A stretch of DNA of 19,133 nucleotides from assembly GCA_031420915.1 (NCBI GenBank), contig JANONS010000018.1, positions 1 through 19,133 on the forward strand, read 5' to 3'. The notes under the pieces were generated by a model. The model made no database searches. It was not told the origin of the DNA and saw only the letters and a list, made by a program, of their open reading frames with translations. The DNA is from Armatimonadota bacterium. Lineage in GTDB: Bacteria; Sysuimicrobiota; Sysuimicrobiia; Sysuimicrobiales; Humicultoraceae. Position 1 is the stretch's first letter, and each line of letters starts with the position of its first letter. Positions 15,477-19,133 of the stretch are shown here, one piece after another. The translations under genes and the position numbers were made by a program.

Positions 15477-16829
15477 TCAGGCGCCTGCCAGATCTATCCG
15501 CCGCTGGACAAAATTCGTATAGACCTCCCCTCGCCGGAAGAACGCGTTATCGAGCACCCGCAGGTGGAAGGGGATAGTGGTGGGGATGCCGCCGATCTCG
15601 AACTCCGCCAGCGCCCGCCGCATGCGGGCGATCGCCTCCTCGCGCGTCTGCCCCCAGGCGATCAGTTTGGCGATCAGCGAGTCGTAGTGCGGTGGGATCG
15701 GGTAACCGGCGTAGGCGTGCGTGTCGACTCGGATACCCGGGCCTCCCGGCGGGAAGAAGGTGGTAATCGTGCCGGCGGTGGGGCGGAAATCGTGGCGGGG
15801 GTCCTCGGCATTGATCCGGCACTCGATGGCGTGGCCGTGGAAGGCGACCTCTTTCTGGGACACCGCCAGATGCTCCCCGGCCGCGATGCGGATCTGCTCC
15901 TTCACCAGGTCCAGCCCCGTGATCATCTCGGTGACGGGGTGCTCCACCTGGATCCGCGTGTTCATCTCCATGAAATAGACGTTCTCCTGTTTGTCGACGA
16001 GAAACTCGACGGTGCCGGCGTTCGTGTAGTGGATCGCCTGAGCCGCACGAATCGCCGAGCGGGCCAAGAGCGCCACGGTACGTTCCCGCAGCCTGGGGGG
16101 AGGGGACTCCTCGATCAGTTTCTGGTGCCGCCGCTGGATGGAGCAGTCCCGCGCGCCCAGGTGGATGATGCTGCCGTACGTGTCCGCCAGCACCTGGATC
16201 TCGATGTGGCGCGGCTCCTCAACGTACTTCTCGATGTACAATTGGCCGTCGCCGAAGGCGGCCTCCGCCTCCTGCTGCGCGACTGCCAGCGCCGCGCGCA
16301 TATCCTCACGCGTGTGGACGGCCCGCATTCCGCGCCCGCCCCCGCCTGATGCGGCCTTGAGCATGAGCGGAAACCCGACGACGTGCGCGATCTCCAGCGC
16401 CTGCTGCTCCCCGTTGACGGGGCCGTCGCTGCCGGGGATGACGGGGACCCCCGCCTTCCGCATCAGCGACCGCGCCTGGACCTTGTTCCCCATCTTCTGG
16501 ATCGCGGCCGCGGTCGGACCAATGAACGCGATCTTCACATCCGCGCAGATTTCCGCGAAGTGGGCGTTCTCAGCGAGGAACCCGTAGCCGGGGTGGATGG
16601 CGTCCACGCCGAGGAGTTCGGCGGTGCTCATGATGTTCGGCAGGTTGAGGTAGGAGTCCGCCGCCGCCGGCGGGCCGATGCAGAAGGCCTCATCGGCCAG
16701 CTTGACGTGGAGGGAGTCCCGGTCGGCTTCCGAGTAGACCGCGACGGTGCGGATCCCCAGATCGTGGCATGCGCGAATGATCCGCACGGCGATCTCGCCG
16801 CGGTTGGCTATGAGAACCTTTTGGAACAT
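15477..16829 (-). CDS. accC: Acetyl-CoA carboxylase biotin carboxylase subunit.
   Basis: The N-terminus is MFQKVLIANRGEIAVRIIRAC. An ATP-grasp domain is present. EMNTRIQVEHPVTE is present. Confidence 0.95.
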   Translation of the reverse strand: MFQKVLIANRGEIAVRIIRACHDLGIRTVAVYSEADRDSLHVKLADEAFCIGPPAAADSYLNLPNIMSTAELLGVDAIHPGYGFLAENAHFAEICADVKIAFIGPTAAAIQKMGNKVQARSLMRKAGVPVIPGSDGPVNGEQQALEIAHVVGFPLMLKAASGGGGRGMRAVHTREDMRAALAVAQQEAEAAFGDGQLYIEKYVEEPRHIEIQVLADTYGSIIHLGARDCSIQRRHQKLIEESPPPRLRERTVALLARSAIRAAQAIHYTNAGTVEFLVDKQENVYFMEMNTRIQVEHPVTEMITGLDLVKEQIRIAAGEHLAVSQKEVAFHGHAIECRINAEDPRHDFRPTAGTITTFFPPGGPGIRVDTHAYAGYPIPPHYDSLIAKLIAWGQTREEAIARMRRALAEFEIGGIPTTIPFHLRVLDNAFFRRGEVYTNFVQRRIDLAGA

Positions 16830-16836
16830 GGTGAGG

Positions 16837-17334
16837 CTACGACGTGTGGGGGTCGATCAGGAAGAGCGGCTGGCCGTATTCGACGGGGGCGCCATTCTCC
16901 ACCAGCACCTTCGTCACTCGTCCGTTCACCTCGCTTTGGATTTCATTGAAGAGTTTCATCGCTTCGATGATGCAGACGGTCTGTCCCGCCTCGACCTTAT
17001 CCCCTTCCTGCACCAACGCTGGGGCGTCGGGCGAGGCCGCGCGGTAGAACGTGCCTACCATCGGCGCCGTGATCGTCTCCAGGTGGTCGGGGACGAAGAC
17101 CTCCGCCCTGGCCGCTGCGGTTCGACCTGTCGGAGCGTGCGGCGCGGCCGGGGTTCTCGCCGGATTGGAGACCGCGTGCACCTCCAGCCGTCCGGCGGGG
17201 GCCTTCTTGATCGACACCTTGAGGGTGGGAGACTCCACGCTCAGTTCAGTTATGTCCGCCTCGCTGGCGATCTTCACCAGCGCGCGGACCTGCTCAAGGT
17301 CGATCTTCTCCGACTCCATCTCGGACGGGTCCAC
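16837..17334 (-). CDS. accB: Biotin carboxyl carrier protein.
   Basis: The C-terminal biotinyl domain carries EAMKLFNEI. The linker is Pro/Ala-rich. Confidence 0.9.
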   Translation of the reverse strand: MDPSEMESEKIDLEQVRALVKIASEADITELSVESPTLKVSIKKAPAGRLEVHAVSNPARTPAAPHAPTGRTAAARAEVFVPDHLETITAPMVGTFYRAASPDAPALVQEGDKVEAGQTVCIIEAMKLFNEIQSEVNGRVTKVLVENGAPVEYGQPLFLIDPHTS

Positions 17335-17348
17335 CTTTCGGCCGGGCG

Positions 17349-18251
17349 TCAGGTCGCCGGCGCGGTGCCTTTCGTGCGGGCCGGGCTCTCCACCTGCCGC
17401 CCCATCCGCCGGTACTTCTCATACCGCCGTTCCAGGAGCGTCTCGACGGGGGTGGCCCGCAGCGCGCGCAGGTGGCGCGCCAGCGCCTCGCGCACCGCGG
17501 CCGTCGCCGCATCGGGGTCCTGATGGGCACCGCCGTCCGGTTCCGGGATGATCTCGTCAATGATCCCGAGCCCCCGGAGATCATGAGCCGTCAGCCGGAG
17601 CGCCTCCGCCGCCTCCTGTGCGCGGGAGGCATCGCGCCAGAGGATCGCGGCGCCCCCCTCAGGCGGAATCACCGTGTAGATCGCATATTGTAGCATCAGG
17701 ACCACATCCCCTACGCCCATCGCCAGCGCGCCGCCGCTGCCGCCTTCTCCCGTGATGACCACCAGGATGGGGACCCGAAGCGTGCTCATCTCCGCGATGT
17801 TCTGCGCGATGGCCTGGGCCTGTCCCCGTTCCTCGGCCTCGTCGCCGGGGAAGGCGGCGGGCGTGTCCACGAATGAGAGCACGGGGTGACCGAACTTCTC
17901 CGCCAGTTTCATCACGCGGAGCGCCTTGCGGTAGCCCTCGGGGTTGGGCATCCCGAAGTTGTGCGCCAGGTTCTCCTTTGTGTCGCGCCCCTTGTACGGG
18001 CAGATCGCGGCCACGGGCTCGCCCTCGAACCAGCCGATCCCGGCCAGCAGGGCGGGGTCGTCCCGGAAGAGGCGGTCGCCGTGGAGTTCGGTGAAGTCGC
18101 GCACCAGGCGCCAGATGAAGTCCGGCGCCTTCGGCCGCTGCGGGTGGCGCGCTAACTGGACGATCTCCCACGGGGAGAATGCCGGCCCCGTCAGGGGCGC
18201 GCGCTCTCCGTCGCTCTGCTCTGGGCGTGTTGTCAGAGGATCGGAGGCCAT
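17349..18251 (-). CDS. accA: Acetyl-CoA carboxylase carboxyltransferase alpha subunit.
   Basis: The sequence is PWEIVQLARHPQRPKAPDFI...ELHGDRLFRDDPALLAGIGWFEG...VITGEGGSGGALA. Confidence 0.9.
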   Translation of the reverse strand: MASDPLTTRPEQSDGERAPLTGPAFSPWEIVQLARHPQRPKAPDFIWRLVRDFTELHGDRLFRDDPALLAGIGWFEGEPVAAICPYKGRDTKENLAHNFGMPNPEGYRKALRVMKLAEKFGHPVLSFVDTPAAFPGDEAEERGQAQAIAQNIAEMSTLRVPILVVITGEGGSGGALAMGVGDVVLMLQYAIYTVIPPEGGAAILWRDASRAQEAAEALRLTAHDLRGLGIIDEIIPEPDGGAHQDPDAATAAVREALARHLRALRATPVETLLERRYEKYRRMGRQVESPARTKGTAPAT

Positions 18252-18255
18252 CGGC

Positions 18256-19110
18256 TCAGCCGGTGGGTGCGAGCGCGGCGCGGCGTGCGCCGAAGAACTG
18301 GAGCAGCTGAGCCAGACGAGTGCGGAGCTGCTCGCGCGGGACGATCATGTCGATCAGCCCGTGCTCCAGACAGAACTCGGCGGTTTGGAACCTGTCGGGG
18401 AGTCTGCGCCCGATCGTCTGCTCAATGACCCGGCGCCCGGCGAAGCCGATGAGCGCTCCGGGCTCCGCCAGGATCACATCCCCCAAAGAGGCGAAGGAGG
18501 CGGTGACCCCGCCGGTAGTCGGATCGCACATGACGGAGATGTAGGGGAGGCGCTCGGCGTGGAGGCGGGCCACCGCCGCGCTGGTTTTGGCCAGTTGCAT
18601 CAGCGACAGTGCCCCCTCCTGCATGCGCGCGCCGCCCGACGCGGAGAAGGTGATCAGGGGGAGACGTTCTTCCACGGCGCGCTCCGTCGCGCGCGCAACC
18701 TTCTCGCCGACGACCGAGCCCATCGACCCTCCCATGAAGAAGAAGTCGAGGGCCGTCACCACCGTCCGGAAACCATCGATGGTGCCGGCACCCGCAATCG
18801 CGGCCTCCGGGCGGCCCGTCTTCCTCCGGGCTTCATCCAATTTTTCAGGGTAGCCGGCAAACCCGAGGGGATCGACCGACGTCAAGCTGGCGTCAAACTC
18901 GGTGAAACTCCCCTCATCCAGGGTGATGGCGATGCGCTCCGTGGACGACAGGCGGTGATGGTAGCTGCATTTGGGGCAGACCTGCAGATTGCGTTCGAGC
19001 TCTTTCTGATAGATGAGGTTCTTGCAGCGGGGACATTTTGCCCACAAACCCGCGGGCATCTCTCTCCGCTGCATGGTGCCATACTTCGGCCGGCGCAGCC
19101 ACGGGGACAT
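18256..19110 (-). CDS. accD: Acetyl-CoA carboxylase carboxyltransferase beta subunit.
   Basis: An N-terminal zinc ribbon CPRCKNLIYQ..CPKC is present. The core carries GGSMGSVVGEK. The stop lies 4 nt before the accA ATG. Confidence 0.9.
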   Translation of the reverse strand: MSPWLRRPKYGTMQRREMPAGLWAKCPRCKNLIYQKELERNLQVCPKCSYHHRLSSTERIAITLDEGSFTEFDASLTSVDPLGFAGYPEKLDEARRKTGRPEAAIAGAGTIDGFRTVVTALDFFFMGGSMGSVVGEKVARATERAVEERLPLITFSASGGARMQEGALSLMQLAKTSAAVARLHAERLPYISVMCDPTTGGVTASFASLGDVILAEPGALIGFAGRRVIEQTIGRRLPDRFQTAEFCLEHGLIDMIVPREQLRTRLAQLLQFFGARRAALAPTG

Positions 19111-19120
19111 TTGTCGTCAG

Positions 19121-19126
19121 ATTATA
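19121..19126 (-). promoter_or_regulatory. A -10 hexamer TATAAT (minus strand) lying 10 nt upstream of the accD ATG. No SD is present, so the mRNA would be near-leaderless.
   Basis: The minus strand reads cgaatggTATAATctgacgacaaATG. The window ends before a -35 could be assessed. Confidence 0.45.
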
Positions 19127-19133
19127 CCATTCG

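Noticed and set aside
15564-17551. The + strand ORFs antisense to accC, accB and accA (15564..16349, 16383..16949, 16747..17523, 17051..17551).
   Set aside because: The acc genes on the minus strand are unambiguous. The + strand ORFs are GC-driven artefacts.
1-19133. A search for tRNA, rRNA, CRISPR arrays, integrase or transposase genes, and rho-independent terminators.
   Set aside because: No cloverleaf-like structures, repeat-spacer arrays or recombinase motifs were seen. Candidate hairpins after pgi, mazF and the malK-like gene are too weak or lack T-tracts. The genes are mostly separated by overlaps or convergent abutments instead.

Overview
The window is GC-rich (about 68-70%) bacterial chromosome in which almost every coding region is supported by recognisable protein motifs. 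Several genes appear to be transcribed as leaderless or near-leaderless mRNAs: a -10 hexamer sits 6-10 nt upstream of the start codon and no Shine-Dalgarno sequence is present. From left to right the window contains the following. (1) A glycogen/maltodextrin operon on the minus strand: a small hypothetical protein, a GalE-like SDR epimerase, the 4-alpha-glucanotransferase MalQ (long form), and the branching enzyme GlgB, which is truncated by the window edge. The stop and start codons in this operon overlap. (2) A divergent bifunctional PGI/PMI (SIS-domain) gene that shares one -10 region with the small minus-strand gene. (3) A MazE(AbrB-type)/MazF toxin-antitoxin pair preceded by a 21-bp perfect palindrome that abuts the ATG. 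(4) A stand-alone MalK/MsiK/UgpC-type sugar ABC ATPase with a strong RBS and a GTG start. (5) An Est30/YvaK-like carboxylesterase whose conserved N-terminus has no canonical start codon and lies in frame with the malK-like TAG. (6) A VOC/glyoxalase-fold protein and a convergent SDR epimerase/dehydratase. (7) Two translationally coupled membrane proteins of unknown function. (8) A DUF374/lysophospholipid-acyltransferase-like gene. (9) A lower-GC islet (about 55% GC) encoding a signal-anchored YD-repeat/RHS N-terminal fragment. (10) An SPFH/band-7 (stomatin-like) gene that carries an in-frame 33-bp tandem duplication and has no NfeD partner. (11) A ROK glucokinase. (12) A Phd/YefM-RelE/ParE toxin-antitoxin operon whose promoter carries TGTACA-type operator repeats. 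(13) A contiguous accD-accA-accB-accC acetyl-CoA carboxylase operon. No tRNA, rRNA or CRISPR features were seen. Many long ORFs in the supplied track are antisense or alternate-frame artefacts of the high GC content and were rejected. No single clear novel system was identified. The least explained parts are the two-gene membrane module, the esterase start anomaly, and the accessory stretch bracketed by the two TA modules, which contains the low-GC RHS fragment.
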